Both the position numbers and the translations under genes were made by a program. Below are positions 46,863 to 60,200 of a stretch of DNA of 64,000 nt, in pieces. Location: contig NMRA01000329.1 in the NCBI GenBank assembly GCA_002633005.1, forward strand, positions 333,219-397,218. The letters are read 5' to 3'. This stretch comes from Phoronis australis. Taxonomy: Eukaryota; Animalia; Phoronida. The notes under the pieces are model-generated. The model saw only the letters and a program-made list of their open reading frames with translations, did no database searches and was not told the DNA's origin. Every line of letters begins with the position of its first letter. Position 1 is the stretch's first letter.

Positions 46863-48261
46863 TTAATCTCCCCGGCTAGATATTGTCCACTTAGGAAATG
46901 GCCCGGCGCGTGCGCTTGGAGCGTACTGTTTTCAAAACGACGATAGACTATTCTTTGTTACAAAAGGTCGAGAATTGTGCCAGAAAATGACGTTTATTAG
47001 GTTGTTTTTCCCTTAAAAAGCTGCAGCGGGCAAGGTTAATGTCGGTTTATTCCCAGATTTTCGGGCACGTAAAGGGCGTTGGCTCTACGTTGCAGTGTTG
47101 ATGAGTTTCACGACGAGGTGATGAGCAGAACTACCGGGGCTGTATGAAATTTCTGGGTCTAACAGAGCTCAACACGTACACAGTGGTACTTAGCTGTATT
47201 TCGACGATAGTCTTCAAAAAAGCTAGTTGGCTGGCAGCAAAATCTCACAGGCACACTTCGACGTTTCGTGTCACTGTTCCGTCCCGTGTTCCTGAATCCT
47301 TGGCCAGGGCCGTTCCCGTATCGGAGTATATTTATGAGTGAACTTAAAACGTTAAATTGAATGCAAATCCTTATAACTGATTGAATTTGTTTTCAAGCAA
47401 TCGAGACTTCGTTTCATAGTTTTCATATGTTACACTCACCAACGGTTGTGTTGTTATTAAGTTTTCAATCTTTGTACAAGGATATGTCCGAGTCTATATT
47501 CAAAATGGCGGTGACGGATTGCAGGATTTCAAGGCGAATTATGTTTTGAAAATTTAGTTTTTTACTGTTTAGCGACTCCAGTAATCCACCCGGGGATTCC
47601 CATACGGGCCGTATTTGAATGTGTGCTAAGCGTGACTGTTTGAATATCGGTTACTACCTATCCATTTTGTCCACCAGGAATTATTTTGTTTCTCACTGGC
47701 CCGTTTCAGCCAGAAATTGTAGTGGTAGTTATAGTTGTGGTAGATCAAACGACACAACTTTTCGTAATTAAAGAGTGAATGGAGTTTGAATGTTGTGCAA
47801 AACATTGAACGTTGACTTGTTGCGCGAAGCGGTGAAGCAATTAACCTGCTTTCTCACTCTGTTTAGTCGTGCTTCAGCTGTCACATGTTGTGCGTGCGTA
47901 CTACATCATTTGAAACGTGTACCTGGTACCTTAAGGTAATATATAAGCTAATGCAGATGCTTATTGGTAAAGTGCGACAGTGTATCTTCACGGAGGCATC
48001 ACACAAAGCTCAGTCAGTCGCGTGCGTCAAGCAAGAGCATGTAGGTATTTGGACCCTCTGGTGAGGAATTTAAATGATTTGATAGTTCCGTTCATTTTAT
48101 CTGTAGTTAGATGTCGCCATGTGTGCCAATTTTGTGTTGCCCCCGTCGCTTTCGCCACCAGTTGTATGCCGCTCCTCTAATTGTCTCCACTTTACCGAAG
48201 ATCTAACACCCCTCAGTAGCACTCTGATAAACCGTAAATGTAACAATATCGTAAAACGTAA

Positions 48262-48483
48262 AATATAAATAGGTAAATAAAACAACAAGAATGGATCAAC
48301 TGAAATTTTTGGATATAATGACGTCCTTCGTCAACAGAAACAGAAATGAAGTAAAATCAAACACCAACTATATGACATTTGACATTGATTTTACTTTATT
48401 TCTGTTTCTGTTGACGAAGGACGTCATTACATCCGAAAATTTCAGTTGATCCATTCTTGTTGTTTTATTTACCTATTTATATT
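48262..48483. repeat. Long palindrome (99-bp arms, 24-nt spacer); half-copy at about 54091-54215
   Basis: Arms 48262-48360 and 48385-48483 are near-perfect reverse complements. Confidence 0.9.
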
Positions 48484-50929
48484 CTACATTTCGTGAAACA
48501 ATAGTATCCTTGGGAGGATCCGGATCGCCTTATTTAGTTTCAGATTTATTTTCTACGTTGTAAAACGTAACGGTTGTTACATTATACGTCATTGTTGCAT
48601 TTTAGGTTGCTAAGCCTCTCCTAAAATGTAACTGTTACAAATTACGTCGAATGCACAAGCGAGAAATGCACCATTGTTACATTTTACGAAAGCGACGTCA
48701 TATTTCGTGACTTTGTATATTTCTCACGCGTAGGAAAACGGTTCACGCATTTAACACTTTATTTCTCGGATTTTTTAAATGAAATTCTATCAAATGTGCC
48801 AGCTCGAACTTCTACATGTAGATGTGTCGCCATGTGCTTTTCATTGTTCACTTTTAACATGAGTAGTTTCTTGGTACAGTATGGTCAAAAATGTACCCAG
48901 TACAGTTTTAACTCCAGACAAAAGGAGTTTCCACGATCAGGTAACAAGTTTTTATTGTAAAAGCGTTCTTGCAGTCTTTTGTTGGCGCTCACAGGTCATA
49001 AACCAATTGTGCACCCGGCGTTACGCACGTCCCTTGGTAAGCACAACAGAAACAATGACACAGTATTTTGGCTAATATCTATCGTATTTCTTCGGGAACA
49101 AACGACAATACCAATTTTCACGGAGAATTCAATTTCGGAAGCCAGTTTGATAGAAAAACACCCGTTTTAGTCCACGATAATTTGACTTGCAACATCCAGT
49201 GTTTTATTGCCTTGGAGTCATCGCTAGTGCTTCATACACAGGGAGCAAGACCAAAGTTTTTGACATTGTAATAGAAGGAAATAAAAGCACGCATATAGTT
49301 GCAGGCAGGTAGGCAGATTTTGTCAGTGCAACAGCGAAAGATCGCCTTTGATAAGGGCGGGCCAATAGTTTTAAAAAGTGGCGGTATACTAACGTGTTTA
49401 AAAGCTGAAAGAAATATCGTGACTTTTTCCTATGATTTCAAACCTTTCTGAAATAATGGTGGTAACATAAGATCAAACCGTTACGTGTTTACGAGAAAAA
49501 TGGGATTCCTAGCTGGTAAAATAGAAAAATTTTTGACAGTCTGAAAGGACATGGTCATTTTGCTCAAACCGGGTCTAGGTCTATAGTTCAAAGGGGCAAT
49601 AGTTCGAAAAAAGCTGACCGTCGGCCTTTCGGACTACAAAAACAAGCACTTTCTGTTTCAATCATTTTTTAAGATAAAATATCAATTAAAATTGCTATTT
49701 GGTCAATGTTCGTTAGCTCGAAGCACATAGAAATAAAGACAGAGGTTGGACATTCTCAGGGGCGGATCCAAGATTTTGAGTTAGGGGGTCCCTGGCACAC
49801 GAATAACGGCAGAATTTCGCCTCATGCACACGCCTAGCCTAAAATGTAGGGATGTAGGAGTCTCGAATTTTGGGGTTTGTGGACCTCATTACTGAAAAAA
49901 TGGGGTTTGTTCAAGTCCTATGCATTGTGCATTCGCCCACCGAGCCCCCCAGGGTGCGCGCATATGCTAGTCAGCAATTCGCACCTCGAACTGCCGAATG
50001 GAATCTGGGAAAATTTTCCGTATATAGTTGCAGCTGTATAAATAACCGTTACAATCGACATGCAATCAGGCCCTGAGCGTAGCATTTGGTACAAAACTGT
50101 TAATTATGTGACACTTGTGTCTCAGTTTTCAATTGCTAAATATTCTATCGTCTGCAACTCAGGCGCCAATTCCTTGGAGACAATTTTCAGGAGATGTTAC
50201 GATTTCAATGCACAGGTACCGATGTTTTCATCTTTGCTGTCTCTTTTCAAGTAATGAATCTTTACATTTAAAACTGTTTCTTTGACAAGAGAAAACTTGC
50301 AACCTAACGCGCAAGTTCATACATGTGATGTGATCCGCCATGTGAACAGTCTGAGTGAAGTATTTAAAAAATTTGTCGAAAAATGAAAGAAACTTAGGAA
50401 TTCGAAGCGTATGGAATAAATACAAAACGCACGTTGATTGGCGTAGATGAAGTAATAACCCACTCGACATTATTCCGCGGAATGATAATGTCTCGTGAGA
50501 TAGTACTTCATCTACGTCACTCTCGGTACGTTTTGTGTACATATTAATGAACATTACCGTGCTTGCCTATAGTTCAGAAATATCAATATTTGAAGTTGGT
50601 GCACGTCTAAACAAGATTTTATATCTCAACTTCCTCGTATCCAAAAGTAGGCCTACTCTACATCCACATCTGTCAAGACGTTTCTTACCATATCATTAAG
50701 GCTGAACATAGGAACGCCTTTAAAATCCTTTTGAAACAGCACTCACTGTCCATTACGGGAAAGCCGGTGAAAACATTGAACCATAAATGAGATGATTTTA
50801 AAATCTTTGAGGGCCAAGACGTATTAGCACTTTGCTAAAAACATATATTGTGTATACTGCACTGTTATGTACCCTTGTTAGATAAAAGCAAAAATTTTAA
50901 TGGTACAGATAAAAAGTAATTGTAGTGAA

Positions 50930-50992
50930 ACTAGTAATAGTAGTAATATCAGTAATAGTAGTAATAGTAATGTAACAGTAGTAATAGTAATG
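50930..50992. repeat. (AGTAAT/AGT)n simple repeat
   Basis: Direct reading. Confidence 0.8.
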
Positions 50993-51000
50993 TGATAAAT

Positions 51001-51224
51001 AGCTTATTATTCAAAATGACTTAGTCTTATTAAAATGACATAGGCAAAAAATTGAATTTCAGGCCTCAACAGCGAGGCCGTCTATATTAATATAGGGACT
51101 CCGCTCTTCGACCCCCTGTCGGCGAGGCCTTTATATTAATATAGGCGGCCTCGCTTTTGAGGTCCAAAATTCAATTTTTGCCTATGACATTTTAATAAGA
51201 ATAAGTCATTTTAAATAATAAGCT
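51001..51224. repeat. Fold-back MITE-like palindrome (about 95-bp arms)
   Basis: AGCTTATTATTCAAAATGACTTAG...CTATATTAATATA is mirrored by TATATTAATATAGG...GTCATTTTAAATAATAAGCT. Confidence 0.85.
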
Positions 51225-52295
51225 GTTAATAGTAATAAAAATGATAATGGGTAGCCGGATTCATGCCGTGTCAGCCCGGAGGGCATTCTTATAGAAGAGT
51301 TACATGTATACGAAAAGTGCCGCCAAATGGGTACTTATTCACAGCAAAAAAATACTCTCCAAAATGGTGCCATTTTCGACAAAATACTACCTAAAAGAGC
51401 ACCTTTTCTGAATTTCTGGAAGAGAACTGTGCGAAAATGTGAATTTTTACACAACATTAGTCTCTAAATGGGTCACTTTTTTGTCTGAGGCCACTCTCTA
51501 AACGGGTAAGTATTCAAATTTTTCGGGCCGCACCCATCGTCCAAAAATACTCGAGTACTCCACGGCCGTGTCAGATACCACTTGTTCTTGATTTTGGTCA
51601 TTTTCTTTGTATGAAGTTGGTGTCGTAAAATGTAACAATGGTACATTTCTCGCATGTGCATTCGACGTAAAATGTAACAACATGTTAAATTTAAGAGAGT
51701 CCAAGCAACGTAAAATGTAACAATGACCATAAAATAACAATAAAATGTAACAATAAAATGTGAAAATAACACTAAAATGACTATAGAATGGTACGGGTTA
51801 TCAGCGCTCTTTGTCGGGACATTCCCCCCTCACCTACGCTACTGTAAGACTCATCAAACTGTCGTAACTGACACGGTTGGTGTCACGTGAATACCGGCAC
51901 AAAATTTCGTCGGTCGGACGTACAAGGCTTCGTGGATACGACGACGGCAAATAAAGTTTGCGCTTCAGTTAGTTTTTGCGCTCGGCGACTTCACACAAAA
52001 TGGTGGATTTACCTGGTAGCCTACCTTTTACCAGACATTGTACCATCGTACCGTTTGTCACGTGTGATATATGGAAACATTCGCAGCATATAAATTGCCG
52101 TGTTATATGAACAAACCGTCCAAACGTCTCTAAGGTGCAATTTATGTTTATGGCAGCTGAAATAAAACCAGTATTGTTTTCGGAGGGTGCGGGTCAATTC
52201 TAGGGTTAACTCCTGACGTCGAAGGGATCCTACTGTAATGGAAATGTACATCTGCGACCACCCACACTCACTATTTCTTAGTAAAATTAATAAAA

Positions 52296-52396
52296 CTAAA
52301 ATGACGAGCGTCGGTTCTGAAATATATTAAAATATCCCCACGTATCGAGCGTAGTGATATTTTAATATATTTTAGTACCGACGCTCGTCATTTTAG
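52296..52396. repeat. Palindrome with about 41-bp arms
   Basis: CTAAAATGACGAGCGTCGGT..AATATATTAAAATATC / GATATTTTAATATATT..ACCGACGCTCGTCATTTTAG. Confidence 0.85.
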
Positions 52397-52542
52397 ATTT
52401 AATAGTTTTACTATTTTATATTTTCAATCGTCGGTAACTGACGGCATTGCAACATCTATTTGATTTCACTGTTTCTTGTTCACTTGATTTCGCTGGGAGA
52501 CATTGACCCTTCACCGTTCACTGCTAACACACACTGTTTAGG

Positions 52543-52848
52543 CAGTGGCGGATCTAGGATACCAAAAGGGGGGGCAACGTGTTGTCTCGGAAATCATGCA
52601 AAGCGCGATTTTATGTTTGTATGAGTAGGCGGCCCGAAATTTGCGGGGGCTGGGGATGTGGATATGTGGAACTCCTGTTCGGAAAATCTATCGCGGCGAT
52701 CTGGGTTCTGAGCCCCCCCCCTCATCCGCTACTGATCCTAGTTACTGAACTTAACATTTCCTCACGCTTCACGATTTTGTTGTTTCATTTTGCTTGCGGC
52801 AGGCAAGGGGGGGTCTGTGCCCCTGCCACCCCCGTACATCCGCCTATG
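52543..52848. mobile_element. 306-bp MITE with 5-bp TSD TTAGG
   Basis: Ends CAGTGGCGGAT / ATCCGCCTATG; TTAGG at 52538-52542 and 52849-52853. Confidence 0.8.
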
Positions 52849-53282
52849 TTAGGGCACCTATTTCTAGATCGCTTTCCTTGTAGTTTTGGCATTTGGGCAC
52901 ATAATCCGCGGTTCTCCAGGAAATGTTTGAGTCGTTAGCTATTTTGCATCCTCAGTAGATTCCATTTAAATGCTTGTCGTACAATACTGGCTGGCGGTCT
53001 GCGTACCGTTAGCCATTCCATCCCTTTTTTCTGCATCATACCGGCAGCAACCTCGTGCTTGGCGCGTATCCAGAGATGGTGATTAGGCTTTCCCATGAAA
53101 TATCTAGCCACTTAACCTTCATAATTTTACGATTTAAAAATTCTGAATGTAGTTTTCATAAGGCTTTCATTTAATTTTGTTCCGCTTTCATTCTATTACA
53201 ACACGGCACAAGGGCCTTTTTATCGGGTATTAATGTGCTAAATTCCGAATGTGCACCCAAAGACTTCCGGGTAGCAACGAAG

Positions 53283-53479
53283 ATGACAATCACTTGGATT
53301 GTGCTGGATGACGATGACGGGAAAAGGAAAGCCAACACTGACGACGGTGGAGTTGCGACAATTTTAAATTGTCCTCTTATTTACCATGCCCGCACCAACT
53401 ATCGTTTTAAAAAACATAAAGACATTAGCAAACTATCAGACAATGGTAACAGCTGCTGTGGTGTCAATTTGCGGCTCGA
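53283..53479 (+). CDS. Candidate first coding exon of the DUF229 gene (MTITWIVLDDDDGKRK...GVNLRLE)
   Basis: ATG at 53283, just downstream of an ETS-like ACTTCCGG. Donor GA|GTAAGA at 53479/53480 is phase 2, matching the phase-2 acceptor at 54347 (GA|G TAC = E-Y). No homology support. Confidence 0.45.
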
Positions 53480-54346
53480 GTAAGAGGGACAGTTGTATAA
53501 CTTTTAATGTAGGCTATGTACGTGGACAAAATTATTACTTTACTGAGCATTTTTGCCATAAACTGCTCCTTCAGAACTGAGGCATGTAAGGTTGATAAAA
53601 ATTCACCCTAAAGAATATCTGTAAAATCTTTCCAAATAACTTGCGCCGTCACATTAGCCAAGATATGAAGAGTATCATCTGCCTACATAGACACTAAACT
53701 TGCTCACTACTGCAGTACCACGAGAATGTAAATTATATTTAAACATGAATCAAACCAGTGTAATTATAGTCGGTTCTGTCTCATTTATTGACGCAGTTAT
53801 GTACCCGCCTTTTGTCAAAAGTAACCTTTCACTCAGATCAGGCCCGCACTTGCCGTTTTAAAGCTGGTATTAACTAGTTCTTTTCTCGGAACTAGAAGGG
53901 ATTTCTGGGCTTTCAAAAAGGCTTGCTTTGCTACTACCTGATCAAACCAAGCTCAACAAGTGTTTTCACCCGGCTGGTCATTTTATGTGTCCTGATCAAA
54001 GCAACACATTCAGCCTCGTGTCAAATAACAATGAATAATAATAACTACATTTCTTCTCAAAAATGTATCATATTCATTACGCCACATCTTAAATGTCAAT
54101 TGTCATATAGTGTTTGATTTTACTTTATTTCTGTTTCTGTTGACAAAGGACGTTATTATATCCGAATTATTTCAGTTGATCAATTCTTGTCGTTTTATTT
54201 TCCTATTTATATTCTCAAACTCAGAAACGAGTTATTTTTCGAACAAGGTACAATTGTGCCTCAGTAATTTTGTAATAGAAGGTGGCCTAACTGAAAGGTA
54301 TTTTTGAACGAAGGCTGGATTTATGCGCCCATTCATTTGTTTTCAG

Positions 54347-56261
54347 GTACAAGCTTCGGAATATACGTATACGGCGACTGTTTGTGTGCTGTATAGCTAT
54401 CTGTTCTATGCTGACGGCAATTTTTTATAAATGCTTTAACGGAGGCCCTGTTCACTTGAAAACTGTGTATACAAGTAATGGAATCATACCCAGAAACTCC
54501 AGTGGAATTGCTAGCAAACCAGTGGCGACCGATAAGCCAGCATGCGTTATTCAAAAAATCAATCCTTTCCATCCAAGTATTAGGAAATACATCAGTACGT
54601 TTCGGTTTTCCGGATGTGGAGAACCCAGTGACTTGACGTATCAGGAGGGGTCACGACTACACGTCAATATGACCGTAGTCAAAAGCACAAAGAATAAGTA
54701 CTTTTATTGTTGCTATGAAGTAATTAAACGCACACGGAAAAATGACGACGAAATTCAATTTTCAAAGAAGAAAAGATGCTTTAAAACGTCGGTTTATATT
54801 AAAGAAGAGTTTATTCTCGTTCGCTGCTATTCTACCAAAGATTATGAAATATACAAAAACTTGCACGCGTTTGTGCAGCCGTCACGAAACAGCTCACGGA
54901 TGAGCATGCCTTCGAAAGCCAGTAAAGAAAGCAAGATGAACGTCGTAGTTGTTGGTATTGACTCGGTGTCTAGACTTAGATTCTTGCGGTCGTTTCCAAA
55001 GACTTATAAGTTCCTTACCAAAACCCTGGGAGCGCTCGACTTCATTGGCTATAACAAGGTGGCTGACAACACATTTGTTAATATGGTGCCGCTGTTGACG
55101 GGTCAGTTTGTAGCACAGCTGCAGCACGCGCGTGATGACCCTTGGATGAATAAAAAATTTCTTGACGACGTCCCGCTGATATGGAAGAATTTTTCAAGGT
55201 CAGAGTACACTACACTTCTAGCCGAAGACGATCCTGACATAGCAATTTTCAATTACGTTAAAAGGGGATTTCTTCGGCAGCCTACGGACTTCTATTACCG
55301 ACCATTTGCATTGGCAATGGAACGTTCAAATTATATTTGGCGTGATAAAAGTCCTCGTATCTGTTTCGGCGCACGCAAGGAGGTCGACATGATCCTAGAT
55401 TACACACTCAACTTTATAGACTTGCATAAAGGCGTTCCTCATTTTGTTTTTGACTTCATAACGAGATTAACACATGACCTGTCTGCCAAAGTTAAGTTTC
55501 TTGATGAATCACATTTGAGTTTCCTTCACAAACTTGTTGATCAAAACTTGATCAACAACACCTTGTTAATCTATCTCAGTGATCATGGTTCCCGATGGGG
55601 TGGTATTGTAAGCACTTCTATTGGGAGACTTGAAGAGCGAATGCCTTTGTTTTTCATGGTTTTTCCTGAATGGTTTAAAACAAAGTACGCAGCTACTTTC
55701 CAAACTGCCAGGCGCAATGCCCGAAGGTTGACGACACCTTTTGATGTTTTCAAGACCTTGCGTGATATTTTGAATTTAAATTACTACCCAAGACAACGAT
55801 TTCAAAGTGACGAAAGAAAAGGCATAAGTCTGTTTGACGACGTACCACTCAATCGCACGTGCAGGGACGCGGGAATTCCCAGACATTGGTGTTCATGTCA
55901 TCGTGGTGAAATTGTAGATGTCGCTGACATCAATGTAACTAGAGCGGTAGCCAATGCAGTAAAGTCTCTAAATTCTAAATTAGACTTAACTAAATGTAGA
56001 CATTTGAAACCAAGTGAAATATCTAATGCAAGGACGAACTCTCAGGTATCAGACGGAATCACGGCAACTGAGTATATGTTAGCTTTTCAAACGGAGCCAG
56101 GAGATGGAGAGTTTGCCATGACAGTGACACACTTTTATAACGATACAATGGATGTGTTCCGAGTGGAAGACGACATTGGACGGCTAAACCTTTTCGGGAA
56201 CAGTTCCTATTGTGTTGAATCCAGCGAATTAAAGAAAATTTGTTTTTGTAAAGTCTTTTAA
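54347..56261 (+). CDS. DUF229 family protein (alkaline-phosphatase/sulfatase superfamily, type II membrane anchor), main coding exon
   Basis: Acceptor TTTCAG at 54341-54346; the frame is open from YKLRNIRIRRLFVCCIAICSMLTAIFY (signal anchor). DUF229 motifs NVVVVGIDSVSRLRFLRSFPKT, GYNKVADNTFVN, YLSDHGSRWG, GRLEERMP, LTTPFDVFKTL, RTCRDAGIPRHWCSC and C-terminal CFC. Stop TAA ends at 56261. Confidence 0.9.
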
Positions 56262-57215
56262 AGACACAGCTTCCTTTATTTTCACAAATTTAGAAGGTAA
56301 AAATCTCTCCAACATTTCGTAAAGACAGCCAAGTTGTGACATATATTGTCTCCCTAGACACATGTTGTCGCACGGACACAATGTGGGAGCGACAATATGT
56401 GTCGAGTTATTATAATTTAGTCCTATAGAAAGGGAAACCACGGGTGCCGATTACCCGAATAGTTGGCGCTTCGTTTACGAATTATTTTCACCGATGCGGA
56501 TACGTGCACGAACTCTTAGGTGCCTGCTATAGGTATCAGAGAGAAATACAATGTTTCAAGGGTGGTGTACGAACAGTAGAGAAATCACCGTAATTTCAGA
56601 CATTTTATTCAGGCCAACGCCACCCGTTTTGGAAGTTCTATGGTGTATAGGTTCTTTCAGAACTGTGACCGCTGTGTTTTAAATTAAAAAAATTAACAAT
56701 GTGTCCAAAAGGCAGCATACGTGATACGATGTTTTGTTGGAAGGCTTCGCGATTTTTCATTGGCAATAAATTATCGTGCCAGTTAGACCAGCGCACACTG
56801 TTTGGCGCCTCGCAGCGACTTCGTGAATAGTTATCAAAATAACCAACAATCAGCACAATCAGCATTCGGTATAACGCATACTTGTATTATTAAGATTTGT
56901 TGATCTTGATAAAATTGTATCGTCTCATGCACTGGGTGGTCTTTAAATACATGAAAACAATGCGGTATAATATTAAACATTATTGCTTTGTTTTGACTAA
57001 AACACGGTTGTTGAGAAAAGAAAATGAGGCTGCAATTAAAATAAACACATTTAACTAATGCTAAAAGCATGCGGTATATTGTATTAAATTTATTATGTCG
57101 AGGCGCCCTTACGCACCGTGGCGACAGAGGCCAACGTCTAGCTAAAAGGCGTGCCATTCCTTGACTTTGTATGCATAATCACTTTCACTCGCTATTGTTG
57201 TCTCTGGGTCGATTG

Positions 57216-60200
57216 TCATACAATTCTCCACTGCATAATGAGCGTGTCTTTCCCACCACACGTGATCAGATACTGGCCGTCTTTCGTAAACAACATATTA
57301 GTCACTTGAGAGTGGGACTTGTAAGTATGGCAGAACGCCTGTGGAGAGAGATCAGACTCATAGTACACCCATTTGATGGAGCCGTGCCAATGCCCTAAAC
57401 TAGTGTTTTAACATTGGTCCTGGGGCGTTTACCCTCAAAACTGTAAGACCTTCGATCGTCACTCATTCTACTCTCTTCTCTATCTTTCACCCCTGGGATG
57501 TACTCGACTATGTTTTTGACGAGGGGTGTAGGATGCCCAACCATCGAGAGTGGATTCGAAAAAGGAGACATTAGTTTGCGTCACCCATTCGTAGCGTTCT
57601 GTTCCAGAAACATCATTCAATTGTAAACCCAGTCTATTCTCATGCCATTTTTGGATAGCTTAAGGTGCACTTCGTCCCGGTTAGCTCGTTTAAAATGCAA
57701 AAGTTGAATTAGGGCTTACTCTCATAAAATCACTGTCAAAATATTCCTTAACGCGATGTCATTCTATTTCCATTTAAACAACGAAACCATCAGCGACTCG
57801 AGAATATGCTTCGCAGTTTACAAGTATCATTGGCTAGTCCTAAAATGTTGCACATGCGCACTACTTATGATTTGAGTTGGCATTGGAAATGGAATCTATC
57901 ACGGTAAGGAACATTACGAGAGAGAGTGCGATTTTATGAGAGTGAAATGCCTTATTCGATTTTGTTTTGTAGCCAGCTAAACAGGGCGAAATGAAGCTCT
58001 AATTTTTTAATCCATTACGTCTAAAACAGTAGCCAAAAACGAGTGCATATTTTGCAACATTTTCTTTTAAATATAGACAATATTGGTGGCAAGATGACGC
58101 CGAATAAATCCATCATTTCGTGCGTTGCATCAGGTAGAATATAATCTGCAATATGTCAGATATGACTTTATGAAGAAAAAAATGGTGTGCCAAAGGCATG
58201 GCATTGCGATGAGCGGTTATGAATTCGTACAGAAAGCACTTTTAGGGAAGAGACATTACATACCCCGTTTTTGCTACAAGGATAGCGGAACATAGTGATG
58301 TATCCTTGACTATCGCCCATTGCCAGCATTGTCTTTTTGTTGTTTACAGCGATCGCGTTTATACTAGACTCGCGGGCTCTGTTAGAACTCCACATTCCTG
58401 GAAAGATCAAGCAAACGATTACAAAAACAGTGGCGAAACATTATGATTTCCTTGTCTGATTGAAACATTCAACAAGAGCAACGCAGAGCGTTGAAATGCG
58501 CCCACAATTGCACCGTATACGGTATCCTTCTAGGGTTGTTTATTGGTACCATAAAGTGGCCAGTAGAGGGCATATATGTAGTATGTTGTACTTTGCAAAA
58601 TGGAAAGGCATGGTCATTGTCTCCTCAATAGGCTAGGGGCAAAATGTGAGCATCTTCATAATACAAGCACATCCTATACATCAGTTGCTTAAAGCATCAC
58701 AGGAACATAGAATTAAAAACAAATTTACCAACATACGAGATTAGCACAGCATTAGAATGCCAGAAACAAATTTCTACTTGGAACTTTTCCATCATAGTCA
58801 CGAAGTAACACAAAGTATACACCTGAAGACCTATGAAAATACAGATGTCAATGTAAAATGAGAAAATTGCCACTAGAGGCATACCGGTAGTCAGAATCAT
58901 CCTAAAGTCGTCATCGTCCGTTGTCAACATCACATAAATACACTTGCTAAATTTAGTAAAGATCCTGCAAACGGTTTGGAAAATACAGCCATGGGTGCAA
59001 AAAAAACTGCCACTAGGAGGCGCCACAGTAATCAAAGTCATGGGAAATTCAGCGTCAACCGTCCTCTTCATAGTAAGAACATACATGCCAATTTTCACAA
59101 TCATACTTAGAGCGAATTGGTTGATAGAGGGGTGGACGCAAAACTACAGACTCGAAAACAGTAACAATGGCCACTAGGTGGGGCAAACTATGTCGAATCC
59201 ATCCGAAAACGGGAGGATAGCGTCACTGCATTAATAGGTGCCTACATACCAAATTTCATGAAAATCCGTTAAGGACTTGTAAAGATACAGAGGTAAACGT
59301 AAAAAAATAAAATTTCCACTAGGGGGCACACTGGTAGGCGGATCCGTCCAAAAGTCGTCATCGTCTGTTGTTAACATCATATAAATACACTTATTAAATT
59401 TCGTAAAGATCCTGCGAACGGTTTAGGAGATACAGCCATAGGCGCAAAAAACAAAACTGCCACTAGGAGGCGCCACAGTAGTCCAAATCGTCTGAAAATC
59501 ATTGTCAGCTGTCCTCTTTATAGTAAGCACATACATGCCAATTTTCACAATCATCCTTTGAGCGGTTTGATTGATAGATGGGTGGACGCAAAAATACAGA
59601 CTCGAAAACAGTAACAATGGCCACTAGGTGGCGCAAACTATGTCGAATCCATCCGAAAACGGGAGGATAGCGTCATCTCACCTATAGGTGCCTACATACC
59701 AAATTTCATGAAAATCCGTTCAGGACTTTTGAAGATACAAAGGTAAGCGTAAAAAACTAAAACTGCCACTAGGGGGCACACCGGTAGTCGGATCCGTCCG
59801 AAAGTTCGCACATGCCGTCCCATTCATGAATGGAACATATGTGCCAAATTTCATGAACGTATGTCAAAGGGTTTTGGAGATAAAGCAGCGGACGCCGGAC
59901 GCCGGACGGACGCCGCCCGGACGGACGGACGGACGGACGGACGGAGATGACGGCATAATGCGTCCACATATAAATATGTGGGCGCATAAAAGGGTATTCA
60001 AATAGCCTCGGCATGTCACTTACCATGGACTTGATTGGTCTAATTATTGTGATATACAGATATTGGATCGAGATTTCTTTGTAGTGTTTTTTGGCATCTA
60101 TATCTGCTCTTCCAGTCGTAGCCGGGACCTAACCTAATACGCTGCAAATACGAACGTGGCGATTCCTTTTTTGCATGAAAACATAGAAGGTGAATCGTGA

